Shown piece by piece: positions 38,797 to 47,741 of a DNA stretch of 51,634 bases. Origin of the DNA: a virus (Duplodnaviria > Heunggongvirae > Uroviricota > Caudoviricetes); IMG/VR virus record IMGVR_UViG_2579779024_000005. One strand, written 5' to 3'. Every line of letters begins with the position of its first letter. The stretch's first letter is position 1. Position numbers and translations under genes: made by a program. The notes under the pieces were generated by a model. That model was not told the DNA's origin and did not search any database. It saw nothing but the letters and a program-made list of their open reading frames with translations.

Positions 38797-39852
38797 TTAT
38801 GCTTTCCACTTCAGAACACCCGAATTTCTCGCGTGCATTAAAAAACGAATCAGCAACAACAGCTGGCTGCCGTGTTTTTCTTCAAAATCTTTTACCCCGG
38901 CGTGTAGTTCGCTATGGCATTTACGGCACAGCGGAATAACAAACAAATCATCAGCCTTTGTTCCCATCCCTCCCAGTCCATGACCAATGATGTGATGCGG
39001 ATCATCTGCCTGATTGCCACACGTCATGCATTTCTGCGTTTTTACCCAACGCGTGTATACAGGCATCTCTTCCCGTTGTGATTTCTGGCGCTGGAGATAC
39101 TGAGCCGGTGACTCCGGATCAACGGCAATGCTGACCACCGTCTTTTCCTGTGGCGGGTTTTGCTGGTGGGCGTGAGGCAGCGGCGCAAGATTTTTTGTGC
39201 GCTGCTTCAGTATGCTGGTGGCGGTCTGCTCTCCCGGTACGATGTCGCTTTCACGGTACATTGAGCGGATTTTTTCCGCACGCAACCCCAGCGAACGACG
39301 TAATACCGCTTCCGGTAGCGCGTCCGCCACCTGATTGCGGACCGCCCACCAGGATAATTCAGCCAGCGATAATTCCCGTTCCTGCGAGCCATTCATTGCA
39401 TGGCGTATGACGTCAATCATCCATGCAAACAGGTTTTGGTGAGCAAGTTGCCCGAGTGATTCGGAGGTCTGGTCGCGCAGCTGGTTGTCGCAGTGCCAGC
39501 ACAACACCATTGCGCCGGTACCATAACGGTGAATGACGGTTTCACTGTGGTGATAATCGCCGTGTGGCCACTGGCAGGATTTAACATGGCGCAGTAACCA
39601 GTCAGACAATGCGCCAGCGCCACCAGCAGCACGAATCACTCGTTCGTCGCTGAAAAATGGCAGTAATGATTTATCCTCCGCCAGCGGCTGGCGAACGGCA
39701 GGAACGACCCCGGACGGCAGATTACGCATGCTTTTCGGTTCCGGCTCCACCAGTACCCGGGTATTGTGGAATACCGGCATGGATTCACGGCCCGGCTTAA
39801 CGATCACCAGCCCGAGTTCCGGTACCAGAACAGGTCGAAGTAATACCCGCAC
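38797..39852 (-). CDS. DUF968-type protein with C-terminal HNH-like Cys/His cluster
   Basis: 351 aa; CMTCGNQADDPHHIIGHGLGG...CRKCHSELH; ydfU-like position upstream of rusA. Confidence 0.65.
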   Translation of the reverse strand: MRVLLRPVLVPELGLVIVKPGRESMPVFHNTRVLVEPEPKSMRNLPSGVVPAVRQPLAEDKSLLPFFSDERVIRAAGGAGALSDWLLRHVKSCQWPHGDYHHSETVIHRYGTGAMVLCWHCDNQLRDQTSESLGQLAHQNLFAWMIDVIRHAMNGSQERELSLAELSWWAVRNQVADALPEAVLRRSLGLRAEKIRSMYRESDIVPGEQTATSILKQRTKNLAPLPHAHQQNPPQEKTVVSIAVDPESPAQYLQRQKSQREEMPVYTRWVKTQKCMTCGNQADDPHHIIGHGLGGMGTKADDLFVIPLCRKCHSELHAGVKDFEEKHGSQLLLLIRFLMHARNSGVLKWKA

Positions 39853-39853
39853 G

Positions 39854-40126
39854 TTACCTCCAGATGCGTTGCTGGAATGTGCGGGACGGACGCGGTGGGC
39901 GTTCAGAGTAAGGAAGCCTGACGGAGATTATCCAGTGACGATAATCGAGGCTGAGGGCTTTCTTAATCTCGTATCCGCGTCTGCGGTAGTTATGAATTAG
40001 CCATTCGGCCTGTTCTTCAGTACATGGTGGGTGTTGGTACCAGTCGGTTTTAAATGCGTGTGAACGCCGCCCATGCCGGATGGCAAGGTCGGTATCAGAA
40101 TTGTGAAATTTGGTTTTGTGCGCCAT
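39854..40126 (-). CDS. Small hypothetical protein (nin-region)
   Basis: 90 aa; basic and aromatic-rich. Confidence 0.4.
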   Translation of the reverse strand: MAHKTKFHNSDTDLAIRHGRRSHAFKTDWYQHPPCTEEQAEWLIHNYRRRGYEIKKALSLDYRHWIISVRLPYSERPPRPSRTFQQRIWR

Positions 40127-40293
40127 CTGTTTTCTCTGCTGGCGCAGCAGGTGTCAGGTGTTCAGGCTGACGTGCGAATTGTAAACCAGAATGCCAGAAA
40201 AAAACAAAACCCGCCGAACCGGGTTAAGTGCGGGTGCGTTGAGGATGCCTGACACATCAGAGGTGGCGAGGGATTTCTCCCCCGCCGGGTCTC

Positions 40294-40449
40294 TTACTCC
40301 TCAGGTTCGTAAGCTGTGAAGACAGCGACCTCCGTCTGGCCGGTTCGGAGTCGTACCTCGCAGAGGTCTTTCCTCGTTACCAGTGCCGTCACTATGACGG
40401 TTAAACAGATGACGATCAGGGCGATTAACATCGCCTTTTGCTGCTTCAT
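40294..40449 (-). CDS. hok: Hok/Gef-family type I toxin
   Basis: MKQQKAMLIALIVICLTVIVTALVTRKDLCEVRLRTGQTEVAVFTAYEPEE; the listed 70-aa ORF extends upstream in the mok-like region. Confidence 0.85.
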   Translation of the reverse strand: MKQQKAMLIALIVICLTVIVTALVTRKDLCEVRLRTGQTEVAVFTAYEPEE

Positions 40450-40686
40450 AGCCTGCTTCCCCTTGCCTTTCGGCACGTAAGAGGCTAACCTACATTTGTG
40501 AGACATAGATTGGGCCTCAGATTAATGTTAAGCGTCTTGCAGGACGCGAAATGTTAACTGGGGCTTTTCTCTATCTGCCTTTCAGTGTTCATGCCTGAGA
40601 CAGATAGCCTCAAGCACCCGCAGCCATTCTACTTAACTCACGTCACCTCGCCAATATGAAATCAATCAGAAAGGTGATCCATAAAA

Positions 40687-41373
40687 TCACTCCTTCTCTT
40701 CTTTTCCGTAGTGGAGTTGGCCAATTTTGATAAGAGGGCGTCCCTGAGATTTGCGGTGTAGATTGGTATCGCGCAGAGAATACACACAGCCACAATATTC
40801 CTGCTGATAGAATTTTTCGCGCTTGCTGATTTCAATCATACGGGACGAGCCGCCCTGCTTGCGCCAGTTATAATCCCAGTACACCATACCCGGATAATGC
40901 GCAACAGCTCGCCGCCCACACTCGTTAACCTGCTGCATATTTTTCCAGCGTGAAATGCCCAGTGAACTGCTGATCACACTGAAACCATTTTCAGCAGCGT
41001 ACAACGCTGTCCGCTCAAAACGCATGTCAAAACACATGGTACAACGGATCCCCCTCTCAGGCTCCCATTCCATTCCTTTGGCACGTTCAAACCAGTTGTC
41101 GGTGTCGTAATCAGCATCGATAAACGGCACGCCGTGTTGTTCAGCAAAGCGAATATTTTCATCCTTACGAATTAAATACTCTTTCTGAGGATGAATGTTC
41201 GGGTTGTAGAAAAAGATGGTGTAGTCGATTCCCGAGGCCTGAAGCGCCTCCATCACTTCACCGGAACATGGAGCACAGCAAGAGTGCAGTAGTAGTTTGT
41301 TTGCCCCGTTTGGGAGCTCCAATTTAGGCCGTTTGAAATCAGCAATAGTCATAAATATTTTTATTGGGGTCAT
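40687..41373 (-). CDS. queH: QueH-like (DUF208) epoxyqueuosine reductase homolog
   Basis: 228 aa; motifs [41 protein letters not shown]. The ORF track labels this '+', but the ATG (41371-41373 reverse complement) and stop exist only on the minus strand. Confidence 0.7.
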   Translation of the reverse strand: MTPIKIFMTIADFKRPKLELPNGANKLLLHSCCAPCSGEVMEALQASGIDYTIFFYNPNIHPQKEYLIRKDENIRFAEQHGVPFIDADYDTDNWFERAKGMEWEPERGIRCTMCFDMRFERTALYAAENGFSVISSSLGISRWKNMQQVNECGRRAVAHYPGMVYWDYNWRKQGGSSRMIEISKREKFYQQEYCGCVYSLRDTNLHRKSQGRPLIKIGQLHYGKEEKE

Positions 41374-41526
41374 GAAAATAGCACAGAGTGTAGCATCAGA
41401 GCAGGGCTATCGGGAATATATGTCTAAATCTGGTAATATCTGGTTTTGACGCAAAGCGGACAACCACGCTGGCTCTACCCTGCGCCATGAAAATGTCAAT
41501 TCACATCTGAACTAATGCTCTTTAAT

Positions 41527-41952
41527 CTAGTAACGTCTAAAATACCTAACATTTCCTTGATAAAATGCCAGTACACGCTGCATAGCTTCGCTCTTCCGGC
41601 ACTCGCGACAGATTATATTCAGGCGCCTGTCGTAGCGGCGTATTTCGCCGTCTGGTAACGACCAGATAAGGTCCGGATCAACCACTGCAGGTTTCTTCAC
41701 CTTTGCCCTTGAGAGTTTTTTGCGAGCATTTTGCCAGTCCTTACGCGCCTGTTCAGACGGGAATAACCCGTAACCAGAGTTGTATACATCGCCACTGGCA
41801 ACCAGCTCTCTGGCGAGAACACTCATCAGATATCTTGTCGCACCTGTCTTGGCTTCCAGTTGCCGCAACGTCTCGCGACCGCTCAGACGTACAAGTTCAA
41901 CAACCTGCCCTTTAATTTTTTCCCGCTCTTCTTGTGTAAATACTTTTGCCAT
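41527..41952 (-). CDS. Hypothetical early protein
   Basis: About 141 aa from the ATG at MAKVF; the listed ORF begins at an upstream TTG. Confidence 0.45.
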   Translation of the reverse strand: MAKVFTQEEREKIKGQVVELVRLSGRETLRQLEAKTGATRYLMSVLARELVASGDVYNSGYGLFPSEQARKDWQNARKKLSRAKVKKPAVVDPDLIWSLPDGEIRRYDRRLNIICRECRKSEAMQRVLAFYQGNVRYFRRY

Positions 41953-41967
41953 AAGCGCCTCCGGCAA

Positions 41968-42738
41968 TCACTTTTCCGATACAACACGGCGGGAAGAATC
42001 AGTAATCTGTCGAACAATATCCCGGTGCTTGTTCAGCTCCCGCAGCGCGGCGCAGACTCGCTCCCACTTCTGAACATCACTTTTCGCCCTGCGCAGCGCC
42101 AGGTTTGCCCTGCGAAGGGACGGAAAAATCAGCTCATCTGCTTGCGTTTCGGTAAACGATGGCAACGGCTGCACAATGTCCGCCACAGTTTCTGTTTTAA
42201 TTTCTTCCTGTGTTGCGGCTTCCCGGACTGGTAACGCAGCACCTGCTGGCTGAGGAAAGGCCTTACCATCACTTTCCGTTACCAGCGCGGCTTTCGGCTC
42301 TGCTGGTAAATTATCGCCCGGCATGCAGTAACGAAATTTACCGTTCTGATTAACGCGTGCCAGCCGCCCCGTTGCGGTTACCACCGCCAGCGTGGAAGCA
42401 ACCTTGCGAGTACTGACACCGAACTTACCCGCCAGTTCCTCACACGTTTTAGCCCCATCCTGACCGATAAACTCAATCATCATGTCTGCGGTAACTTTTT
42501 GTTCGACCTCCCCGGTCAGCATATCCTGTGCTTCAGATTTTACTGGCCGCTCTTCGGTTACCCGGGATTCACCTTCGCCAGCCAGAAACCAGGTGTGACC
42601 AGTTTTATCAACGACGCCTTTTCTTTTGAGTTCCCACAGCTCGTTGACAGCCTCTTCACGACTGATTCCAAGGCGAGCTGCCACCACATGTGAAGAGGCT
42701 TTTTTCAGTGCTTTCAGTGCGTCAGATACGGTTTCCAT
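41968..42738 (-). CDS. DUF1627-like phage protein with N-terminal HTH
   Basis: 256 aa; N-terminal winged-helix-like region; downstream of the DnaC-like gene. Confidence 0.5.
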   Translation of the reverse strand: METVSDALKALKKASSHVVAARLGISREEAVNELWELKRKGVVDKTGHTWFLAGEGESRVTEERPVKSEAQDMLTGEVEQKVTADMMIEFIGQDGAKTCEELAGKFGVSTRKVASTLAVVTATGRLARVNQNGKFRYCMPGDNLPAEPKAALVTESDGKAFPQPAGAALPVREAATQEEIKTETVADIVQPLPSFTETQADELIFPSLRRANLALRRAKSDVQKWERVCAALRELNKHRDIVRQITDSSRRVVSEK

Positions 42739-42759
42739 TAAAATTTCCTCCGGACAAAA

Positions 42760-43506
42760 TTACTTCACAACCCTCATATTGCTGACATTTGGACGCCAGC
42801 TATCCCAGTTAAACGTCACCCATCGACCACCGTTCATGGTCATGCGGTCCATAATCCTCTCACCAAGAAGCGTACTCATTGCGGCATGATTCAGGTTTGT
42901 TAACATCCCGACACTGCACAGTGATGCTGTCCGGCGATCAATTATCTGGTGCAATACCACCTGCTCGTTTTTCGTCTCCCGCTGAACGCCTATTTCATCC
43001 AGGACCAGCAAATCAACCCCGCAAAGCTCCTGTAAAAATTTTTCCCCGGATTTGCCGTTGTCGTAGCTGTCATGCAACACGCTCATGACGTCAGACACGG
43101 TGACGATAATCACGCTGCGCCCCTTCACCATCAGCCGGTTGCCCATCGCCGCTGCAAGGTGATTTTTCCCGGTGCCGGTTTTACCGCTGAACACAAAATT
43201 CGTGCACCCGGTCATCAGTTCGTCAGCTATGGATTTGGCCTGGCTCAGCGCGTATTTTTGCCCGTCGTTCTGCACCTGATAATTTGCAAACGAGCATTTG
43301 CTGTGCAGAGGCTGGATGCCCGAACGATTCAGGATTTTTTCCACCCGCAACTGGCGATTCTGGCGGTTAATCTCCTCGCTGCGTTTTCGTCCTTCAGCAA
43401 GTTGCCATTCCCGCCACTCCTCCACCGTCCGGTACGGTGGAACCGACCCCTGTGGTGCAAGTCTGCGAATACGTTCAAGAACCCCAACTGCCGCAATGTT
43501 TTTCAT
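42760..43506 (-). CDS. Replication protein, DnaC-like helicase loader
   Basis: 248 aa; Walker A GKTGTGKNHLA and Walker B LLVLDEIG. Confidence 0.8.
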   Translation of the reverse strand: MKNIAAVGVLERIRRLAPQGSVPPYRTVEEWREWQLAEGRKRSEEINRQNRQLRVEKILNRSGIQPLHSKCSFANYQVQNDGQKYALSQAKSIADELMTGCTNFVFSGKTGTGKNHLAAAMGNRLMVKGRSVIIVTVSDVMSVLHDSYDNGKSGEKFLQELCGVDLLVLDEIGVQRETKNEQVVLHQIIDRRTASLCSVGMLTNLNHAAMSTLLGERIMDRMTMNGGRWVTFNWDSWRPNVSNMRVVK

Positions 43507-43512
43507 GACACG

Positions 43513-44490
43513 TCACCCCCTGAATCCCGGCGGTATTTCAGTGTCCGGTTCAGAAATGTGATTCACGCAACGCTGCGCAGGCGAACGCCCCAGGCGGATA
43601 ACCAGTTCATCCCATTTTTCCCGGAGTTTTGCCGGACTCATGATGTTTTTTACCCAGAACGAATCCCGCTGGAGACGCCCAAACATTTCACAAATTTGTC
43701 TGTGAGTTCTGCCATCCAGCATCCGCATTGTGCGAACGTCATTGGCCCATGCTGTCCAGTTGGGTTCTTTCGGTCTAGTGATCTCGCCATCATAGCTGGC
43801 CGCCTGCTCGTAAAGACTCACGATTCGTCCCCAGATCCACTGTGCGCACACCAAATCTTCCTGACTTCCCCACTGGCGTTTTTTCGCACTGAACACAACC
43901 GCGTCAGGGTGTCGGGTTAAAAAATCCTGTTCAGCCGTCTGCGGGTCCGGTTGCGAAGCGTCCGGACAAGAAGATCTTTTATCTGACGGATCAGGTTTTA
44001 ATACTGACGGATCGGGGTCAATCATCGGCCCCCTAATCGGCAGTTTTTTATCAACAGTTGATCCATCAAAATTTGACGGGTCAACCGTTGAGGGGTCAAT
44101 ATTTGACGGGTCAACTGTTAACGGGTCATTTTTTGCCGGGCTAATTTTTCTTTTCGGTTTATATGACTCACGCGCCGCCGCCGCAGCTGCTTCGAGTTTT
44201 TCCACATTAAGCCGATAGATATTGCTTACATTACGCCCACCGACCTTACGCTCTTCCTTCGTCAGCCAGCCCTCTTTCGCCAGTTCTGCAATAGCCGATT
44301 TCACTGTGGATTCACTTCTTGCACCGATCTGACGCCGGATAGTTTCAATGGCAGGCCATGACACGCCCTCGTCATTGCTGTAGTCTGCAAGACGGGCCAT
44401 AACCGCCACCCTGGATAAGATCATGCCGGTGAAGGCGCACCCTTCCCAGACAAGACCATGAAGCTTGCTGCTCATAAAACCCCCGAACAC
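43513..44490 (-). CDS. Replication initiator (O-like) containing the origin iterons
   Basis: 325 aa; N-terminal HTH; a central peptide repeat (DPSNIDPSTVDPSNFDGSTVD) is encoded by the DNA iterons. Confidence 0.7.
   Translation of the reverse strand: MFGGFMSSKLHGLVWEGCAFTGMILSRVAVMARLADYSNDEGVSWPAIETIRRQIGARSESTVKSAIAELAKEGWLTKEERKVGGRNVSNIYRLNVEKLEAAAAAARESYKPKRKISPAKNDPLTVDPSNIDPSTVDPSNFDGSTVDKKLPIRGPMIDPDPSVLKPDPSDKRSSCPDASQPDPQTAEQDFLTRHPDAVVFSAKKRQWGSQEDLVCAQWIWGRIVSLYEQAASYDGEITRPKEPNWTAWANDVRTMRMLDGRTHRQICEMFGRLQRDSFWVKNIMSPAKLREKWDELVIRLGRSPAQRCVNHISEPDTEIPPGFRG
44020..44160. repeat. Origin-like iteron array (TTGACGGGTCAA-type, 15-bp period) plus adjacent AT-rich tract
   Basis: At least four iterons at about 44072, 44087, 44102 and 44117, followed by ttttttgccgggctaatttttcttttc. 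Confidence 0.55.
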
Positions 44491-44497
44491 CGTGCTT

Positions 44498-44923
44498 TTA
44501 GTGCATCACCACAGCATTCCCTGCCGGGCCGCCGCGATTCATCTGGTCATACAAAACAACCGCTGACGCAACAAAATCATCGACATCCTTCACCAGCCGA
44601 TCCCGCCGTTCGACGATCTCACGGTAATATTCAGAACTGTGGCTGCGCATACGGGCCACCAGCAAAGGCGGCATCGCCTTTTCGATCGCCGGTAACAGAG
44701 CCTGCATTTTTTCAACAGCATCAGGGGTGTCTTTATCCAGCCAACGGAAAATTTTCTGGGTATTACGGGCCAGGGCTTCCGGATGGCTGTCGTCATACAG
44801 TTCCGGGAACGTCATTCCCAGCTCGAAATACGCTTTGGTAATTTTCGCAGCCGGCACTTTTTCGCCGTCCGGATGCGCCCAGGCATTCATCGCCATGCGG
44901 ATGTGTTCATGCTTGATTTTCAT
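44498..44923 (-). CDS. YdaT-like protein (cII position)
   Basis: 141 aa; begins MKIKHEHIRMAMNAW; lies directly downstream of the cro-like gene. Confidence 0.45.
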   Translation of the reverse strand: MKIKHEHIRMAMNAWAHPDGEKVPAAKITKAYFELGMTFPELYDDSHPEALARNTQKIFRWLDKDTPDAVEKMQALLPAIEKAMPPLLVARMRSHSSEYYREIVERRDRLVKDVDDFVASAVVLYDQMNRGGPAGNAVVMH

Positions 44924-45135
44924 GAATCATTCTTTCCTTCGTTCGAGGTGCTATCCTGCTTCTTGTAAAGTTCTGGGTTGTATTTCAATTCACCGTTAGT
45001 AATTTCATCCAGTTCCATTGCGCGAAGTTTGGGAATAACTGCTTTCCACCGCACAACAGCCACATGTGAAATTCCAAGAGCCTCAGCTACTAGTCGCTTT
45101 TTTTTGAAATAGCGCAGAACATCATCTTTGAACAT
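44920..45135 (-). CDS. cro: Cro-like HTH regulator (YdaS-like)
   Basis: 71 aa; HTH (RLVAEALGISHVAVVRW); divergent from the repressor gene. Confidence 0.65.
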   Translation of the reverse strand: MFKDDVLRYFKKKRLVAEALGISHVAVVRWKAVIPKLRAMELDEITNGELKYNPELYKKQDSTSNEGKNDS

Positions 45136-45226
45136 AAAACTCTCCTGTTATTTCGAGCAGAAGGGTAACAATAGTTACATAACAATGTCAACCATAGCAA
45201 CATCACTTGGTAGTAACATTGGTTAC
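45136..45226. promoter_or_regulatory. Immunity-region operators (OR-like) and divergent promoters
   Basis: Two palindromic sites, GTAACAATAGTTACAT and GTAACATTGGTTACAT. Confidence 0.5.
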
Positions 45227-45901
45227 ATGAAAAACACTATCAGCGAACGTATTCGGAATCGTCGAAAAGACGTTGGATTAACCCAACAGCAGGTTGCGAA
45301 AGCAATCGGCATATCTCGTGTATCCGTAACAAAATGGGAAAATGGCTCTTCAAAACCTGACGGTGAGAATTTGTATCTACTGTCAAAATTGCTTTCCAAA
45401 TCTCCTGAATGGATTCTTTATGGAAAGGACGGTCACGATAAAACCGATGATCTGCGTCTGAATCAGTACCCTTACATTAGTGACAACATCGCCCGGTTGC
45501 CCGTTTTAACGTGGGAACAGGCTGGTTATTGGGATATGAGTTGTCCAGTAACCAAGATTCCTGGTATTAAGAACTGGGTTGATGTCATGACAAAAACCGC
45601 TGAAAACTCTTTTTTATTGCATGTTGAGGGAGATGCGATGACAAACTCTAACGGCCTCCCAACCATCCCCGACGGATCTACCGTGCTGATCACACCATGC
45701 TCAAGTAACATTAGAGAACTGGTGGGAAAAATAATCTTAATCCAATTGGAAGGAACGCCAAACGTAACACTAAAAAAAGTTGCGATTGACGGACCAAACA
45801 TCTATCTGTTGTCACTGAATCCGCTTTACAAACCCATCGAACTGAATGGTGGTTACACCATTAAAGGTAAAGTTTCACAAATACATCAATACTTAGACTG
45901 A
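45227..45901 (+). CDS. cI: CI-type repressor (HTH plus LexA/S24 autopeptidase domain)
   Basis: The listed ORF starts at TTG 45128; the likely start is ATG 45227. N-terminal HTH (LTQQQVAKAIGISRVSVTKWENG) and C-terminal S24-like domain. Confidence 0.85.
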   Translation: MKNTISERIRNRRKDVGLTQQQVAKAIGISRVSVTKWENGSSKPDGENLYLLSKLLSKSPEWILYGKDGHDKTDDLRLNQYPYISDNIARLPVLTWEQAGYWDMSCPVTKIPGIKNWVDVMTKTAENSFLLHVEGDAMTNSNGLPTIPDGSTVLITPCSSNIRELVGKIILIQLEGTPNVTLKKVAIDGPNIYLLSLNPLYKPIELNGGYTIKGKVSQIHQYLD

Positions 45902-45905
45902 GTCA

Positions 45906-45932
45906 GAACCCGCATTCATTGCGGGTTTTTTA
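45906..45932 (+). terminator. Intrinsic terminator after the repressor gene
   Basis: acccgca-ttcat-tgcgggt followed by tttttt. Confidence 0.55.
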
Positions 45933-45964
45933 TGCCCTCAAATGTACCTTTTGCAACATTGTAT

Positions 45965-45995
45965 TGACTCGAAAGGTAACTCTTGTTACCTTAAC
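45965..45995 (+). promoter_or_regulatory. OL-like operator with candidate pL
   Basis: TTGACT -35-like hexamer followed by the palindrome GGTAACTCTTGTTACC, which matches the OR half-sites. Confidence 0.35.
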
Positions 45996-46173
45996 AACAT
46001 ACCAACCCACCCCGCCCCACAGAACGCCGGGCAATACTTCGAGTTACCAAGCAGTGGTCAGGGGGTAAGTAGCCAGCCCGAGGCGTAAGAACATGACGGC
46101 AGGGTTCAACTTTAATAACTATGCAGCAGGTTTTTGTTCCGCTCCCCCGGCGTTAAGGGGAAATGAGGTCAGC

Positions 46174-46329
46174 ATGGATACTATCGATCTTGGCAACAGC
46201 GAATCTCTGGTATGTGGCGTGTTCCCCAACCAGGACGGCACGTTCACCGCAATGACGTATACCAAAAGCAAAACGTTTAAAACCGAAAATGGTGCCCGTC
46301 GCTGGCTGGAAAGAAACTCAGGTGAGTGA
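46174..46329 (+). CDS. ydfA: YdfA-like small protein (dicB operon)
   Basis: MDTIDLGNSESLVCGVFPNQDGTFTAMTYTKSKTFKTENGARRWLERNSGE. Confidence 0.65.
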   Translation: MDTIDLGNSESLVCGVFPNQDGTFTAMTYTKSKTFKTENGARRWLERNSGE

Positions 46330-46330
46330 T

Positions 46331-46459
46331 ATGGATTTCGACACAATCATGGAAAAGGCTTACGAAGAATACTTCGAAGGCCTTGCCGAAGGCGAAGAAG
46401 CTCTCAGCTTCAGTGAGTTTAAACAGGCGCTTTCCAGCTCGGCAAAATCTAACGGCTGA
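46331..46459 (+). CDS. ydfB: YdfB-like small protein
   Basis: 42 aa, MDFDTIMEKAYEEYFEGLAEGEEALSFSEFKQALSSSAKSNG; not in the ORF track because it is under 60 aa. Confidence 0.55.
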   Translation: MDFDTIMEKAYEEYFEGLAEGEEALSFSEFKQALSSSAKSNG

Positions 46460-46488
46460 TAAGCGAAGCAGCACCGCGAGGAATCAGT

Positions 46489-46707
46489 ATGCAGAAACGA
46501 GAACCCGTCATCATCGCGCCAGACTATACCGATGATGAACTTTATGAGTGGATGCGCCAGAAAATTAATGCAGCGCAGGATCTGAAATGGGCCAATGAAG
46601 CCAGGACTAAGCAGGCTGAAAATCTGTCCGCTCTGGAGCAGGATATCACCAGGCTGGAAAAAGCAGCGGCATTAAGCATTGCCAGAATGGTTACATACCC
46701 GCGTTAA
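46489..46707 (+). CDS. ydfC: YdfC-like small protein
   Basis: 72 aa, MQKREPVIIAPDYTDDELYEWMRQKINAAQDLKWANEARTKQ... Confidence 0.65.
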   Translation: MQKREPVIIAPDYTDDELYEWMRQKINAAQDLKWANEARTKQAENLSALEQDITRLEKAAALSIARMVTYPR

Positions 46708-47046
46708 TAGCTAACCAACGAAGCTAAGGTTGGTAATTAAGGAGTTCTCCACGGGTCAGGTGGAGTGCGTGCGCCGGACACGGGTGAACATCCGGCACTG
46801 ACAGTTTACTGAAAGGATATGTCCCTGAAAAGTCAGGGCATAAAGCGAAAGCGCACGGCGAAATTGGTCTCTCTGTACGGTGTCGTTAAATTTAGTTCGA
46901 CCGTGCGCTTCCGGTTGTGGCACTCCGCGAAATGGCGCGGCGGTAAGTATGGCGGGGTTATTCCTTCCTCCGTTGAGGACACCGGGTTGTCAGGTTGACC
47001 ATACGCTTAAGTGACAACTCCGCTGCAACGCCCTCTGTTATCAATT

Positions 47047-47102
47047 TTCTGGTGACGTTTGGCGGTATCAGTTTTACTCCGTGACTGCTCTGCCGCCCTT
47101 TT
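47047..47102 (+). ncRNA. dicF: DicF small RNA (cell-division-inhibitor sRNA processed from the dicB operon transcript)
   Basis: TTTCTGGTGACGTTTGGCGGTATCAGTTTTACTCCGTGACTGCTCTGCCGCCCTTTTT matches the DicF sequence as recalled; it lies in a 560-bp ORF-free region. Confidence 0.75.
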
Positions 47103-47272
47103 TAAAGTGAATTTTGTGATGTGGTGAATGCGGCTGAGCGCACGCGGAACAGTTAAAACCAAAAACAGTGTTATGGGTGGATTCTCTGTATCCGGCGTTA
47201 ATTGTTAACTGGTTAACGTCACCTGGAGGCACCAGGCACCGCATCACAAAATTCATTGTTGAGGACGCGATA

Positions 47273-47461
47273 ATGGAAACGTTATTACCAAACGTTAATA
47301 CGTCTGAAGGTTGTTTTGAAATTGGTGTCAATATCAGTAACCCTGTATTTACTGAAGATGCCATTAACAAGAGAAAACACGAACGGGAGCTATTAAATAA
47401 AATATGCATTCTTTCAATGCTGGCCCGTTTACGTCCGATACAAAAAGGATGCTGGCAATGA
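47273..47461 (+). CDS. dicB: Cell division inhibitor DicB
   Basis: 62 aa, METLLPNVNTSEGCFEIGVNISNPVFTEDAINKRKHERELLNKICILSMLARLRPIQKGCWQ. Confidence 0.85.
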   Translation: METLLPNVNTSEGCFEIGVNISNPVFTEDAINKRKHERELLNKICILSMLARLRPIQKGCWQ

Positions 47462-47649
47462 ATACAGCATTTGCACTTGTTCTGACAGTTTTTCTTGTTT
47501 CCGGAGAGCCAGTTGATATTGCAGTCAGTGTTCACAGGACAATGCAGGAGTGTGTGACTGCAGCAACCGAACAGAAAATTCCCGGTAACTGTTACCCGGT
47601 CGATAAAGTTATTCACCAGGATAATAACGAAATCCCGGCAGGTCTTTAA
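47458..47649 (+). CDS. ydfD: YdfD-like small membrane/lysis protein
   Basis: 63 aa, MNTAFALVLTVFLVSGEPVDIAVSVHRTMQECVTAATEQKIPGNCYPVDKVIHQDNNEIPAGL. Confidence 0.7.
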   Translation: MNTAFALVLTVFLVSGEPVDIAVSVHRTMQECVTAATEQKIPGNCYPVDKVIHQDNNEIPAGL

Positions 47650-47741
47650 AACAGTTCCGTAATAAATATCCGGTTTCATTCTTATATGCCAGCAATGGCA
47701 GGGATTTGTTCACCCTTAAATCTGTAATGAGGTAAAACAAA

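Noticed and set aside
47074-47679. 201-aa minus-strand Cys-rich ORF
   Set aside because: Antisense to dicB, ydfD and the DicF region, which are all supported by recognisable sequences on the plus strand.
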